This document shows, piece after piece, positions 15,570-26,538 of a DNA stretch of 44,806 nt (positions within the stretch are counted from its first letter, which is position 1; the number at the start of each line of letters is the position of its first letter). The notes under the pieces are model-generated. The model did no database searches and was not told the DNA's origin. It saw only the letters and a program-made list of their open reading frames with translations. The stretch is from IMG/VR virus record IMGVR_UViG_3300045988_038198, positions 1 to 44,806 of that record. One strand, given 5' to 3'. The position numbers and the translations under genes were made by a program. Source of the stretch: a virus.

Positions 15570-18500
15570 ATGGCTGCTGATGGCTCAGTCATTATTGATA
15601 CCAGAATGGACACATCTGGTGTGCAGAACGGCGTATCAGCTATAAAACAGTCATTTAACGGCCTTGGAAGTGCTGTAAAAAAAATCGGTCTGCTGATTGG
15701 TGGGGCGTTTGCTGTCGGTAAATTGGCACAGTTTGGAAAAGAGTGCGTGGAACTTGGCTCTGACCTCGCAGAAGTGCAGAACGTGGTCGATGTTACATTT
15801 ACCACCATGTCGGATAAGGTGAACGAATTCGCAAAGAATGCCATGACCTCAGCCGGACTGTCAGAAACCATGGCAAAAAGGTATGTCGGTACGTTCGGAG
15901 CAATGTCTAAGTCGTTCGGATTCTCAGAAGCACAGGCTTACGACATGTCAACAGCTCTGACACAGCTGACTGGCGATGTAGCATCATTCTATAACATCAG
16001 TCAGGACTTGGCTTATATTAAGCTGAAATCAGTCTTTACAGGTGAAACAGAAACGCTCAAGGACCTCGGCGTGGTAATGACCCAGTCGGCACTTGACCAG
16101 TACGCACTGGCTAATGGCTATGGCAAGACTACATCTGCCATGACCGAGCAGGAGAAAGTAGCTCTGCGCCTGGCTTTTGTACAGAAACAGTTGTCTGCCG
16201 CATCTGGTGATTTCATCCGAACATCTGACAGTTGGGCGAACCAGGTGCGAGTGATGCAGTTACAGCTGCAATCTCTCAAGGCAACAGTCGGACAGGGATT
16301 AATCAACCTCTTTACTCCTGTTCTGAAAGTTATCAATATCTTACTCGGTAAGTTAGCAACTCTGGCAAATGCCTTCAAGTCATTTACGGAATTGATTACC
16401 GGAAAGAAGTCTTCTGGACAAACAGGTGCAAGTGGTGCAGGTCTTGCCGGGACAGATGCAATAGCTGATACGGCAGATCAATATGGAAATGCTGCCGACA
16501 ATGCCGAAAAGCTGGCAGATGCAACAAATGATACAGCGGACGCAACTAAGAAAGCTACTAAGGCGGCAAAAGGATACCTTAGTCCGCTTGACGAAATAAA
16601 TAATTATTCAACGGATAAAAGCGCAGATTCATCGTCAAAAGTACCGGGTGCAACCGGCGGACTTGCAGATCAGATGAAAGATGCTGTACAAAATGTTGAT
16701 TACGGAAAGTTGGCAGAGGGCGAGACAGTTCTTGATAAAATGTCAAAACCGCTAAAAAAGATAATCGACAGATTTAAACAGCTGGCTAAGTTAATCGCAA
16801 AAGGATTCTGGGATGGATTAGGAGATTACGAGCCGATTTTTGACGGAATAAAAAAGGATCTTGATTCCATATGGAAATCTTTAAAGGATATCTTCACTGA
16901 TCCAGAAGTTGTTAAGGCGGCAAATAAGTTCTTAGATTCATTTGCATATGCAATTGGACAAGTTGCCGGCTCATTTGCCAGAATCGGATTGACAATTGCG
17001 CAAAACATTATAGGCGGAATTGAAAAATTTTTAAAGCAGAACGTGCAAAGAATAAAGAACTATCTGATAGATATGTTCAACATCGGTGCTGAAATTTCAC
17101 AAATCGCAGGAAACCTTGCAGTTGCTTTCGCAGATGTTTTCTCAGTTTTTGGTGGAGAAACTGCGCAGCAGATTACAGCAAATTTAATAGGAATCTTTGC
17201 TGAAATCGGAATGGTTCTTACAGAAACGGCTGCAAAACTTGGCAGAGATATCCTTAACATGATTGCACAGCCTTTTATCGACAACAAGGACATTTTAAAG
17301 TCAGCAATTGAGGGTAGCCTCGGAGTAATAGAAACCGTAACAAGTGGGGTCTTAACAGTTGTTCAAAACCTTAGTGACGCAGTATCAAGATTATACGATG
17401 AGCATGTAAAACCGTTCTTTGATTCTATAGCAGACGGACTATCAAGTATACTTGAAACTCTAATAACTGGATATAACACATACATTCTTCCGGTGCTACA
17501 AGGACTGGCAGAACAAATCAAAGGGCTGTTAGAGGGACCATTAGGGGACGCGATTTTAAAGATAGAAACATTCCTCGGAAAACTCATTGATTCTCTGAAA
17601 CTTCTGTGGGAGTCGGTGTTAGTACCTTTGATTAACTGGATAATCGCGAATTTGCTTCCGGTCGTGGCAGAAATAATTAACGTTGTAGGCACCGTAGCAA
17701 TAAAAGTTATAAAATCATTGATTAAAATAATTGGCGACGTAGCAGATACGCTGAGCGGAATTATTGATTTTCTTGTTGGCGTTTTCACTGGAGACTGGGA
17801 ACTGGCTTGGCAGGGAATAAAAGAGATTGCGGATGGAGTATGGAGCCTTATTAAGGATATTATAACTGGCACATGGGACGTAATTAAAACTGCGACGAAA
17901 GGCGCACTTAAAATAATAAAGACTGTCATTAGCACTGCCTGGAACGCAATCAAGACAGCGACTTCAACAGTCTGGAATGCCATTAAAAAAACGCTTTCTA
18001 ATTTATGGAACGCTCTTAAAGCCACCGCGAATACAGTATTTAACGCAATCAAAAATAAAGTTACAGGTGTGTGGGATAGTGTAAAAAGTAAAACGTCCCA
18101 AATATGGGAAAGCGTTACTACTTTTGTGTCTACTAAAGTCGAAGCGATAAAAACCGCCATTACCGATAAGTTTAATGCTGCCAGGGATGCGGTCAAATCA
18201 GCATTTGAAGGTATCGTGGATTTTATCAAAAGGCCAATTAATCAGGCAATTAATATCGTCAATAATGCAATCGGAGTAATCAACAACGCAATTGGTGGAA
18301 TCGAATCAGCGTTTTCTTTTGGCCCATGGAATGTACCTACACCATTCGGAACAAAGAGAATCGGGTTCCATGCAACGTTCCCGCGTGTCGGAACTATTCC
18401 GTATCTGGCTAGCGGTGCAGTCATTCCACCGCGAAGTGAATTTCTTGCAGTATTAGGAGACCAGAAGAAAGGGAATAACCTGGAAGCACCGGAAAGCCTG

Positions 18501-18662
18501 TTACGTCAGATCGTCCGGGAAGAGTCAGGGAAAGGACAGGGAAATGGAAACACTTACAATGTTACAGTCAATGCATCCGGCAGAAAATTGTTAGATATTA
18601 TTATCAGTGAAGCTGAAATGAGAAGAAATCGAAACGGAAAAAACCCATTTGAGTTAGCATAA
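15570..18662 (+). CDS. Tape measure protein
   Basis: 1030 aa, helical, with reiterated W/F-x2-(I/L)K repeats (WNAIKTAT, VWNAIKKT, LWNALKAT, VFNAIKNK). Confidence 0.9.
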   Translation: MAADGSVIIDTRMDTSGVQNGVSAIKQSFNGLGSAVKKIGLLIGGAFAVGKLAQFGKECVELGSDLAEVQNVVDVTFTTMSDKVNEFAKNAMTSAGLSETMAKRYVGTFGAMSKSFGFSEAQAYDMSTALTQLTGDVASFYNISQDLAYIKLKSVFTGETETLKDLGVVMTQSALDQYALANGYGKTTSAMTEQEKVALRLAFVQKQLSAASGDFIRTSDSWANQVRVMQLQLQSLKATVGQGLINLFTPVLKVINILLGKLATLANAFKSFTELITGKKSSGQTGASGAGLAGTDAIADTADQYGNAADNAEKLADATNDTADATKKATKAAKGYLSPLDEINNYSTDKSADSSSKVPGATGGLADQMKDAVQNVDYGKLAEGETVLDKMSKPLKKIIDRFKQLAKLIAKGFWDGLGDYEPIFDGIKKDLDSIWKSLKDIFTDPEVVKAANKFLDSFAYAIGQVAGSFARIGLTIAQNIIGGIEKFLKQNVQRIKNYLIDMFNIGAEISQIAGNLAVAFADVFSVFGGETAQQITANLIGIFAEIGMVLTETAAKLGRDILNMIAQPFIDNKDILKSAIEGSLGVIETVTSGVLTVVQNLSDAVSRLYDEHVKPFFDSIADGLSSILETLITGYNTYILPVLQGLAEQIKGLLEGPLGDAILKIETFLGKLIDSLKLLWESVLVPLINWIIANLLPVVAEIINVVGTVAIKVIKSLIKIIGDVADTLSGIIDFLVGVFTGDWELAWQGIKEIADGVWSLIKDIITGTWDVIKTATKGALKIIKTVISTAWNAIKTATSTVWNAIKKTLSNLWNALKATANTVFNAIKNKVTGVWDSVKSKTSQIWESVTTFVSTKVEAIKTAITDKFNAARDAVKSAFEGIVDFIKRPINQAINIVNNAIGVINNAIGGIESAFSFGPWNVPTPFGTKRIGFHATFPRVGTIPYLASGAVIPPRSEFLAVLGDQKKGNNLEAPESLLRQIVREESGKGQGNGNTYNVTVNASGRKLLDIIISEAEMRRNRNGKNPFELA

Positions 18663-18672
18663 GGAGAAGAAT

Positions 18673-19053
18673 ATGGCACAACAGGAACAGTTTAAAATAG
18701 ACAATGTTGTTATAAGAGCACCGGATAGTTACAAACCGGTGTTCGCAACCACTTCTACGGAAGACTCTAAAAGAAGTCAGGATTTAATCATGCATAATAC
18801 ACCAATGGGAACAATTGGCGGGTATGACATGCAATGGGGCGAACTTACGTGGACTGAAATAGCAACCATACTAAATACTGTACTTAACAAAAGTCAATTC
18901 ATATTCCACCATAAAGACCCAACTGTTCCGGGAAGATGGGTAGACAGAACATTCTACGCATCAAATTTTAACATGGCTGCACAAACTCTGAAAGATGGGG
19001 AAGAAAAATGGACAGATTTGTCTATCAATGTAAGGAGGATTGAGCCGATTTGA
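18673..19053 (+). CDS. Small distal-tail-like protein
   Basis: Position immediately after the tape-measure gene. RBS is AAGGAG. Confidence 0.45.
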   Translation: MAQQEQFKIDNVVIRAPDSYKPVFATTSTEDSKRSQDLIMHNTPMGTIGGYDMQWGELTWTEIATILNTVLNKSQFIFHHKDPTVPGRWVDRTFYASNFNMAAQTLKDGEEKWTDLSINVRRIEPI

Positions 19054-22000
19054 TAAATGTATCTACTCAGTTAAAAAAAGAATCTCTTACAAACAGGAAT
19101 TATTACGTGACAGCAAATGTTACATTGTCAAATGGCACAACTCTTAAATTAGGCAAAAAAGATTTTTACTTGTCTGGAAATAGTCTTGTGGATTCAGCAG
19201 ACTCTGGGGACTTCCCAGTTGGCGTGGCAATTGAAAAAACAGCAAGTCTGTCATTAGTAAACGATGATGGACGTTTTGACGGATATAATTTTAATGCTGC
19301 AAGGTTTGTCATCTTTCTCAATGTGCAGTTATCTGACAGGATAGAAACTATAAAAAGAGGTACTTATATTGTATCGAAAAAACCTGCAACAGCGAGTGAA
19401 ATAAGTATTTCTCTCTTAGATAAAATGCACAACGCTGATAAGGCATATGATTCTAACCTGTCTTTTCCTTGTACAGTCAAGGAACTGCTCTCAGAATGCT
19501 GTCAGCAATGCGGAATTACTCTTGGAGATGCAATATTCCCAAATTCGGATTTTCAGATTCAACAAGTGCCATCTAATGCGACATACCGTACAGTAATCGG
19601 AATGTGTGCCGGGATAGCCGGTGGAAATGCAAGAATAGATGAGAATGATTTGCTTAGAATTATTACGTTTAATAAGACATTTACCAATACGGCTATTTAC
19701 GATGGCGGAACAGTAAAGAACTGGGCAAATGGTGAGGATCTGGATGGTGGTACGCTTAATCCATGGACAACAGGAGCTGTGATTGATGGTGGTACGTTAA
19801 GCAATAACGATTATCATGCGTTATTTTCGATTCAGAATCTACAATATGATGTAGACGATGTTATTGTAACAGGTGTCAAATGCGTAGAAGATGAGACCGA
19901 ATATATGTCGGGTCAGGACGGCTATGTAATTACTATTGATAATCAACTATTGTCAGGAAATGCACAGGCAGGAGTCGAAGCTATTGGAAATCAATTAATC
20001 GGTTTGCGAATGCGTCCTTTCTCATGCGACGGAATCGCAAACGGATATGCCACTTTCGGCGACCCAGTCGAATTTATTGATACAAAGAATCGTGTCTTTA
20101 GATCATTTGCAACTAATGTAGAATTTGTGTTCGGTGGCTCAACATCATGGAGCTGTAGTGCAAAGAGTGCTGAAGAAGATGCAAGTGAATTCATTGGCGG
20201 GCAACAGGCGGCAGTAGAGCAAGCGAAAAAAGACACAGAGAAAAAGTTATCTGCCTATGACATAAAGCTCAAACAGATGAATGAACTTGCAGCAAACACG
20301 CTGGGTTTTTTCTATACAGAGGAAATGCAAGAAGATGGTTCCGTAATTACGTACCGGCATGATAAACCTACACTTGCCGACTCTAAAGTAATCTATAAAA
20401 CAGGCGTTGACGGCTTCTTCTTATCCATAGACGGAGGTCAGACTTGGAAAGCAGGCTTTGACAGTAATGGGGATGCTGTTCTGAATATTCTTTACGCTAT
20501 TGGCATTCAATCAGAATGGATTAATACAAGAGGTTTTACAGCAAAAGATAATAACGGGAATGTTACATTAAGAATAGACGCTGATACAGGCGCTGTCACA
20601 TTAGAGGTTGAAAGCTTTACACTAAAAAGCAGAACTATTGAACAGATTGCCAAGGACGTTGCGAATGAGACAGTTCAAAGCAATGTAACTATCCCAAATT
20701 ATTATGGCACGTATACACCAACATTGCAAAATTATCCGGCATCTGAGTGGAAAAGTGAAGAATATGAAAAGCATGACGGTTCAATTTTCATGAACTTCTC
20801 TACAAGTCAGGTGTATATGTTTTCTGGGACTAATGGCACTTGGCAGGAACTGGACACTGAAAAAATTGTCAATTTTGAAACAGTTTTTAACGCTCTGACA
20901 GATAATGGCAAACAAGAGGGAATTTATGTGCAGAACGGGCATCTGTATATGAATGCTTCTTACATTAAATCAGGTCAGATTTCGGCTGATTTGATTAACC
21001 TGAAAAATATTAATGTCACAAACAGTTCTGGGATGTCAACGTTTGCGATTGACAACTATGGAAATGTTACCATTAGGCCTAATACATTCGTTTTAACAAA
21101 TGGCGATACGATATACAGCGTTGCCGAAGATAAAGCCTCAACAGCGTTATCAAGCGCGAATCGCTATACAGACAATGTACTTGGCAATCTTGACATAGGG
21201 AAAATGTCTAAGCAAGAAATAATTGACGTGTTGAGTGACAACAGTAGCAATAAAGGTCTGTACTTGTCAAACGGCAATGTGTACATGAATGCTGATTATA
21301 TAAATACTGGTGAACTAGCAGGATGGGAAGTTGGATATAAAAAACTTTCGGCAAAAAATGGCACATATGGAGAAGTAACACTGGACGCTTCGACCGGAGA
21401 GATTTATTCGAAAACGAATACAGGGGTATATGTACCAGGATATGGTACACTGTATGGAACACGAATTAGAGGAATCAATCTTTATACAGGAACCCTACAC
21501 GCAAGTTCAGTCTCAGTTAATACTAGTGTTTCAGCAAGCAACTTTTCAGCGTCAAGCAAAGTTACAGCAGGTACGCACATAGAGGCCAAAGGTCATTTTT
21601 ACAGTATAGGCACAGGTACCGACCTCGCAGATTTAAGCGTGCGTGGCACGAAGAAAAGAATCCTGCCAACAAAAAACTATGGCACACAGGCATTTTATTG
21701 TTACGAAATGGCATCCCCCATGTTTGGAGACATCGGAGAAGCGTCCATATCGGAAGATGGCACATGTCTGATAGACATAGACGACATTTTTCAAGAATCT
21801 ACCAATGTAGGGATTGAATACTATGTATTCTTGCAAAAGGAAGGAGATGGCGATTGTTGGGTAGATAAAAAGGAACAGACATATTTCATTGTTAAAGGTA
21901 CTCCGGGACTTAAATTTGCATTCGAAATTAAAGCACGACAAGCTGACTATGAGCACATGCGGTTTGCCGATGCGAGTGAGACGGCTTATGACAGAGCAAT

Positions 22001-22118
22001 AGACACAGACATGCCAGAGCCAGACTACGGTGAAAGCCTTGAAGTATCAGAACCAGATTATGAAAAGGAACTTTTTAATGACAGGGAAAACATTATTGAC
22101 GAAATGGGGAAAATATAA
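19050..22118 (+). CDS. Tail tip / tail-associated (Tal-like) protein
   Basis: A 1022-aa ORF after the Dit-like gene, called by size and position. Confidence 0.6.
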   Translation: MINVSTQLKKESLTNRNYYVTANVTLSNGTTLKLGKKDFYLSGNSLVDSADSGDFPVGVAIEKTASLSLVNDDGRFDGYNFNAARFVIFLNVQLSDRIETIKRGTYIVSKKPATASEISISLLDKMHNADKAYDSNLSFPCTVKELLSECCQQCGITLGDAIFPNSDFQIQQVPSNATYRTVIGMCAGIAGGNARIDENDLLRIITFNKTFTNTAIYDGGTVKNWANGEDLDGGTLNPWTTGAVIDGGTLSNNDYHALFSIQNLQYDVDDVIVTGVKCVEDETEYMSGQDGYVITIDNQLLSGNAQAGVEAIGNQLIGLRMRPFSCDGIANGYATFGDPVEFIDTKNRVFRSFATNVEFVFGGSTSWSCSAKSAEEDASEFIGGQQAAVEQAKKDTEKKLSAYDIKLKQMNELAANTLGFFYTEEMQEDGSVITYRHDKPTLADSKVIYKTGVDGFFLSIDGGQTWKAGFDSNGDAVLNILYAIGIQSEWINTRGFTAKDNNGNVTLRIDADTGAVTLEVESFTLKSRTIEQIAKDVANETVQSNVTIPNYYGTYTPTLQNYPASEWKSEEYEKHDGSIFMNFSTSQVYMFSGTNGTWQELDTEKIVNFETVFNALTDNGKQEGIYVQNGHLYMNASYIKSGQISADLINLKNINVTNSSGMSTFAIDNYGNVTIRPNTFVLTNGDTIYSVAEDKASTALSSANRYTDNVLGNLDIGKMSKQEIIDVLSDNSSNKGLYLSNGNVYMNADYINTGELAGWEVGYKKLSAKNGTYGEVTLDASTGEIYSKTNTGVYVPGYGTLYGTRIRGINLYTGTLHASSVSVNTSVSASNFSASSKVTAGTHIEAKGHFYSIGTGTDLADLSVRGTKKRILPTKNYGTQAFYCYEMASPMFGDIGEASISEDGTCLIDIDDIFQESTNVGIEYYVFLQKEGDGDCWVDKKEQTYFIVKGTPGLKFAFEIKARQADYEHMRFADASETAYDRAIDTDMPEPDYGESLEVSEPDYEKELFNDRENIIDEMGKI

Positions 22119-22318
22119 TGAAGAAAATTCTTACAAGTTTTATGAATCTTAGTACAGGAGAGGGAAGTCGCATTGCCTATACTTATTCAGAAGTAGATGA
22201 GAATACAGGAAGTATTATCAGTCAGAACAATAAAGGTAATTTCCTTGTAATGGATGATGATGTACAGAAAAATCTTGATTCCATAAAGAATTATATAAAA
22301 AATAATTTCCTTTTATAA
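22118..22318 (+). CDS. Hypothetical small tail-module protein
   Basis: Overlaps the previous stop (TAATG); 66 aa. Confidence 0.5.
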   Translation: MKKILTSFMNLSTGEGSRIAYTYSEVDENTGSIISQNNKGNFLVMDDDVQKNLDSIKNYIKNNFLL

Positions 22319-22333
22319 GGAGGCGAGTTTGAT

Positions 22334-24568
22334 ATGGCTGATACATATACTATACAATTCCGACGCGGCATGTACGCTGATTTTGACACGTCAAAAATTC
22401 GCCCTGGAGAGCCTGTTGCAATTCTTGGCAATGACCCATCCGTTCCATCTGGCAAAGCCTTATACATTGCGTTTGCGGCTAATGATGTAAGGCGGTTGTG
22501 TTCCATTGAGGATATTTCAGAGATGGTTAATGCCGGAGAATTTGTTGGTCCACAGGGTCCGAAAGGTGAAAAAGGAGATAAGGGCGCAGACGGTACCGTA
22601 GCATTTGAATCGCTGACACCTGAACAGAAAGAATCGCTAAGAGGAATATCTATTAAGTCAGCTTCTATTGACACAGACGGAAATCTGATAATAACGTTTT
22701 CGGATGGAGGCAGCGAAGACGTTGGAAATATTATGGGTCCGCAGGGAATTCAGGGACCCAAAGGTGATAAGGGTGATGTTGGACCACAGGGACCCAAAGG
22801 TGATAAGGGTGATGTTGGACCAAAAGGTGACAATATGAGCGATAAACAGGCCGCGCAGATCGAACAGAACAAGACGGATATTGCTTCGCTGAAAAAGGAA
22901 ACTGGTTCGCTAAAGGAAGATTTATCCAATAAAATCACCAAATTCTACGCCAGTTCGCAAGGCGAAAATCATCTTGCCGATTCCGACAATGGCAAGATTC
23001 AAGATATGATGCTGTATGGGAAGTCTGAGCAGAAACGGTATTCGGGGAAGAATTTGCTGAATGCTATGTTGCAGACTACTACACAGAATGGTGTTACTTG
23101 TACCGCGAATGGCGATGGAACTTATACATTAGATGGGACTGCAAATGCAAATGCTGTATTTAATTTGGGATCAGTTACTTTTACAGGTGATACAAAATAT
23201 AAGATATGTGGTTGTCCGCAAGGCGGTGGAATAATCGAACGATATCATATAGAGCCTTATGGATCAACAAATGAGCAAAGAGATATAGGAAACGGTGTTA
23301 TATATTCATTGTCTAATGACGAAACAAAGGCCATATATATTGTTGTAACCATTGGCTTTAGAGCAAGCAACCTCCTCTTCAAACCAATGATAACCACTGA
23401 CCTAACCGCCACCTACGATGATTTCGAACCCTACACCGGTGGTATCCCAAGCCCAAACCCTGATTATCCGCAGGAGATTAAGAGTGTGGTGAATCCGACT
23501 GTGAAGGTTTGTGGGAAGAATTTGTTTGATTCTAAAAAATTCCCAATTATATTAAACAGGGGGTTGGATACCAATACAGGCAATATATATCAAACGATGA
23601 GTGGAAAATATTGTGCCACTGAGAAGTATATACCTTTTCCGTATAGTGGCAAAAAAATTTCATTTAACGCTTCAATGTCATTATGTGCATATGACCAAGA
23701 TTATAAATTCATTTCTAGTGTTAATAAATATGATGGTCAAGTTCCATCTGGGACAATATATGTCAGATTTGACATTAAAACAGAAGATAAAGATAAAGCA
23801 CAGATAGAATTATCCGAAAACGCAACCCCTTACGAACCCTACCACGAACAGACCGTCACCCTCCCATACACATTAAACGCTATCCCTGTAAGTTCAGGTG
23901 GTAACGTCACAATTGATGGTCAGCAGTATATTGCAGATTATGTGGATGTGGAACGTGGGAAATTGGTTAGGATGTGCAAAGAATATGTCATTACTGGCTC
24001 TGAAAGACTGGCAATGTATTGGCTTGGGAATGCGTCATATTTAAGAAATGTATGTTGTATAAATAATTTTGAAAATATAGTTTTATATGATGGAATAAAT
24101 CCACTTGCAATGTCTGACATGTTTATTGGTAAAATAAGTGAGAATGCAGATGATGAACGTGCTATATACTTGATGCTTCGTGGAAGTGGTGATAAAACAC
24201 TTGCTATTAAATTCCTTGATAGTGATGGAATAACGACTGTTGATTTAGCAAAACAATGGCTAATAGAACATAAACCTAAAACTGTATTCGTATTATCAAC
24301 TCCAGAAGAAATCGACCTCACATCCGAAGAAGTACAGGCATTCAAAGCACTTGCAACATATTATCCAATCACAAATATATCCATCAATTCAGAGCAACTT
24401 GACGGATATACAGTATTAAACTATCCAATAAGCATGGAGAACGGTTGGAATTATGTAAAACAGCAGATAGGCGATACGAGAGATTATATCTATGACATGG
24501 ACATACAGAGCGCAGAAGCCTATGTCAACAGCGAATATGCAGTAGCATTAACAGAATTGGAGGTATGA
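22334..24568 (+). CDS. Tail fibre / receptor-binding protein with collagen-like G-X-Y repeats
   Basis: Contains GPQGPKGEKGDKGADG and GPQGIQGPKGDKGDVGPQGPKGDKGDVGPKGD. 744 aa. Confidence 0.75.
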   Translation: MADTYTIQFRRGMYADFDTSKIRPGEPVAILGNDPSVPSGKALYIAFAANDVRRLCSIEDISEMVNAGEFVGPQGPKGEKGDKGADGTVAFESLTPEQKESLRGISIKSASIDTDGNLIITFSDGGSEDVGNIMGPQGIQGPKGDKGDVGPQGPKGDKGDVGPKGDNMSDKQAAQIEQNKTDIASLKKETGSLKEDLSNKITKFYASSQGENHLADSDNGKIQDMMLYGKSEQKRYSGKNLLNAMLQTTTQNGVTCTANGDGTYTLDGTANANAVFNLGSVTFTGDTKYKICGCPQGGGIIERYHIEPYGSTNEQRDIGNGVIYSLSNDETKAIYIVVTIGFRASNLLFKPMITTDLTATYDDFEPYTGGIPSPNPDYPQEIKSVVNPTVKVCGKNLFDSKKFPIILNRGLDTNTGNIYQTMSGKYCATEKYIPFPYSGKKISFNASMSLCAYDQDYKFISSVNKYDGQVPSGTIYVRFDIKTEDKDKAQIELSENATPYEPYHEQTVTLPYTLNAIPVSSGGNVTIDGQQYIADYVDVERGKLVRMCKEYVITGSERLAMYWLGNASYLRNVCCINNFENIVLYDGINPLAMSDMFIGKISENADDERAIYLMLRGSGDKTLAIKFLDSDGITTVDLAKQWLIEHKPKTVFVLSTPEEIDLTSEEVQAFKALATYYPITNISINSEQLDGYTVLNYPISMENGWNYVKQQIGDTRDYIYDMDIQSAEAYVNSEYAVALTELEV
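22754..22825 (+). repeat. Tandem 36-bp duplication encoding GPKGDKGDVGPQ/K
   Basis: Unit 22754..22789 is repeated at 22790..22825, identical for the first 32 nt. Confidence 0.85.
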
Positions 24569-24570
24569 TT

Positions 24571-24735
24571 ATGTTATATAGAACATTATTAAAACTTAAA
24601 AAAAGAAACGGACTGACAGATGATTTAAAAAATAAGATTGATATTTTCTTCGCAACGGGCAGAATTACTGAGGAACAGTATAATGAGCTGATGGATGTTA
24701 ATAAGGAAGAAGAATCGAAAGCGGAAACTAATTAA
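24571..24735 (+). CDS. XkdX-like small protein (54 aa)
   Basis: Hand translation gives MLYRTLLKLKKRNGLTDDLKNKIDIFFATGRITEEQYNELMDVNKEEESKAETN. It lies between the fibre and lysin genes and is below the ORF-track cutoff. Confidence 0.6.
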   Translation: MLYRTLLKLKKRNGLTDDLKNKIDIFFATGRITEEQYNELMDVNKEEESKAETN

Positions 24736-24821
24736 CTCCAGAATCTTTCATAAAATTTACAAAATACCTATCCAGATAAAATAGTCTAATTGTGTCAGTA
24801 TAAAATATAGGAGATTTTCAT

Positions 24822-26189
24822 ATGACAAACGAACAGAAAACGGTTCTCAGAAAGATTATTTATGCAACTGAAACCGGCGGACAGGTTTATGGACAGCAGG
24901 ATTATTCGGACTTCACAGAAGCTTATGAGAACAATTCGGATGAACACGCAATCACGATTGGAGCAGGAGCATGGTATGCAACCGAAGCCAAGACACTTCT
25001 GGAGCGGATTTACGATGCTGACCCGGAACAGTGGGAGAAAATAGACAAGGTCAGACTTCTGGAACAAGTTCAGACCGCAAATTGGGAATGCTTCAATATT
25101 TCCAGAGTGTCACAGCTTGCCGACACCATAGTTGCCCTTATTTCGTCCGATTTGGGCGTTAAATGTCAAGATAACCTTATGGATGAACAATTAGCCACCT
25201 ATGCAGATGAAGCCCTTAAACAGGGCGTTACGGACGCTAGAGCGCAAGCTATGTGTGTGAACTTTAGGCATCAAGGTGGACAGGGAGCAGTAACAAGGAT
25301 TTTGGCAAAGACCCAGAAACCATATACACTCGATAATCTCTATGCAGCCTGCCAGACGGACACAGGGAATCAAGTGGGGACATATAAGAGCCGGCAGAGG
25401 TTTGTTTATAACGCATTAAAAAAATATTTCCCAGAGGAGGAGCAAGATAATATGAGTAAGACAGAAAAAGCAACAAAACAAATGGAATCATGGGCACAGG
25501 ACAGCTATCATGGGTACGATCAGGATTATCGCTGGGGAGAAAAAGGAGATTTTGACTGTTCTTCAGCGGTGATTCAGGCGTGGCAGAACGCCGGAGTTCC
25601 GGTCAAAACAAAAGGAGCCACCTATACTGGTGATATGAGAACTGTATTTCTTTCATGCGGGTTTAAAGACGTGACCAGCAAAGTTAATCGTTCAACTGGT
25701 TCTGGACTTTTAAGAGGAGATGTGCTACTTAATGAGACACACCATGTCGCAATGTACTGTGGAAATGGAAAAGAAGTAGAAGCCAGTATTAACGAGAAAG
25801 GTACTGCTCATGGCGGACAGCCGGGAGACCAGACAGGAAAAGAGTTCCTGATTAGAAGCTACAGAAATTACCCGTGGGATTGCGTTTTGCGATATTACGA
25901 AAGCAGCGCAGCAGACAATGCAGTTGTCAAAAAGCAGAACACAAGAGCCTACATTGCACAGATAAAAAAGGACACAAAATGTTATGCAAAATCAAACAAA
26001 AACAGCCCATCAAAGCTGTTCCCAAAATTGAAAAAAGGTGCAGTTGTAGAGGTAATGAAGTACACAGAAACAGACAGTTCCGGGCTGAAATGGTACTTCG
26101 TCAGAATCCCGTACCCGAATGATGATGGGTTCGTATTTGAGTTTGTCCCGAAGGGCGTATTTACCAGAATTTCAGAAATTCATAAATAA
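24822..26189 (+). CDS. Endolysin: N-terminal glycosidase-like domain, central Cys/His amidase-peptidase (Amidase_5/NlpC-P60-like) and C-terminal SH3b-like domain
   Basis: Contains IYATETGG, then GDFDCSSAV...ETHHVAMYCG...GGQPGDQTGKE, then KKGAVVEVMKYTETDSSGLKWYFVRI. Confidence 0.75.
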   Translation: MTNEQKTVLRKIIYATETGGQVYGQQDYSDFTEAYENNSDEHAITIGAGAWYATEAKTLLERIYDADPEQWEKIDKVRLLEQVQTANWECFNISRVSQLADTIVALISSDLGVKCQDNLMDEQLATYADEALKQGVTDARAQAMCVNFRHQGGQGAVTRILAKTQKPYTLDNLYAACQTDTGNQVGTYKSRQRFVYNALKKYFPEEEQDNMSKTEKATKQMESWAQDSYHGYDQDYRWGEKGDFDCSSAVIQAWQNAGVPVKTKGATYTGDMRTVFLSCGFKDVTSKVNRSTGSGLLRGDVLLNETHHVAMYCGNGKEVEASINEKGTAHGGQPGDQTGKEFLIRSYRNYPWDCVLRYYESSAADNAVVKKQNTRAYIAQIKKDTKCYAKSNKNSPSKLFPKLKKGAVVEVMKYTETDSSGLKWYFVRIPYPNDDGFVFEFVPKGVFTRISEIHK

Positions 26190-26193
26190 AAAC

Positions 26194-26215
26194 TCCCGGG
26201 GATAGTCCCCCGGGA
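26194..26215 (+). terminator. GC-rich hairpin after the endolysin gene (weak U-tract)
   Basis: TCCCGGGG-atagtc-CCCCGGGA. Confidence 0.45.
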
Positions 26216-26280
26216 ATCATGCTTCTTATAACATATTGTATCATTTCGTTTTGTAAATCCTATTAGTTCGTTGGACACAC

Positions 26281-26293
26281 GTTAGTCACAAAT
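26281..26293 (+). repeat. GTTAGTCACAAAT, third copy of the integrase-proximal repeat
   Basis: Same 13-mer as 26526..26538. Confidence 0.7.
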
Positions 26294-26421
26294 AAAAAAA
26301 TCATTTCCTAATTAAATATCCTCTAAAGTACTGTATTTAAAGAACTTTCTGACATTTGCGTAGTTCTAATTAATATCCTGATTGAATACAATTAGAATAA
26401 TGAAAATGAAATGAGTGAATT

Positions 26422-26457
26422 CCTTGTAAAATCGCTGAGAATGTTGATTTTACAAGG
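26422..26457. terminator. 12-bp perfect inverted repeat CCTTGTAAAATC-N12-GATTTTACAAGG (int terminator and/or attP element)
   Basis: Read directly. It is followed by gtttcgcgcgttttta. Confidence 0.55.
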
Positions 26458-26515
26458 GTTTCGCGCGTTTTTATGTTCTGAATTGTGATGAATAAAATTG
26501 ATAAAATAAGATTCC

Positions 26516-26538
26516 GTTAGTCACAGTTAGTCACAAAT
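26516..26538 (+). repeat. Tandem GTTAGTCACA GTTAGTCACA AAT overlapping the int stop codon
   Basis: Read directly. It encodes the VTNCD* end of the integrase on the - strand. Confidence 0.8.

Noticed and set aside
17363-18229. A 288-aa ORF on the minus strand inside the tape-measure gene (with similar antisense ORFs at 15515..15871, 16118..16378 and 17060..17293)
   Set aside because: These ORFs are fully embedded antisense in a 1030-aa gene with clear tape-measure repeats. They have no RBS and a hydrophobic, low-information composition typical of shadow ORFs.
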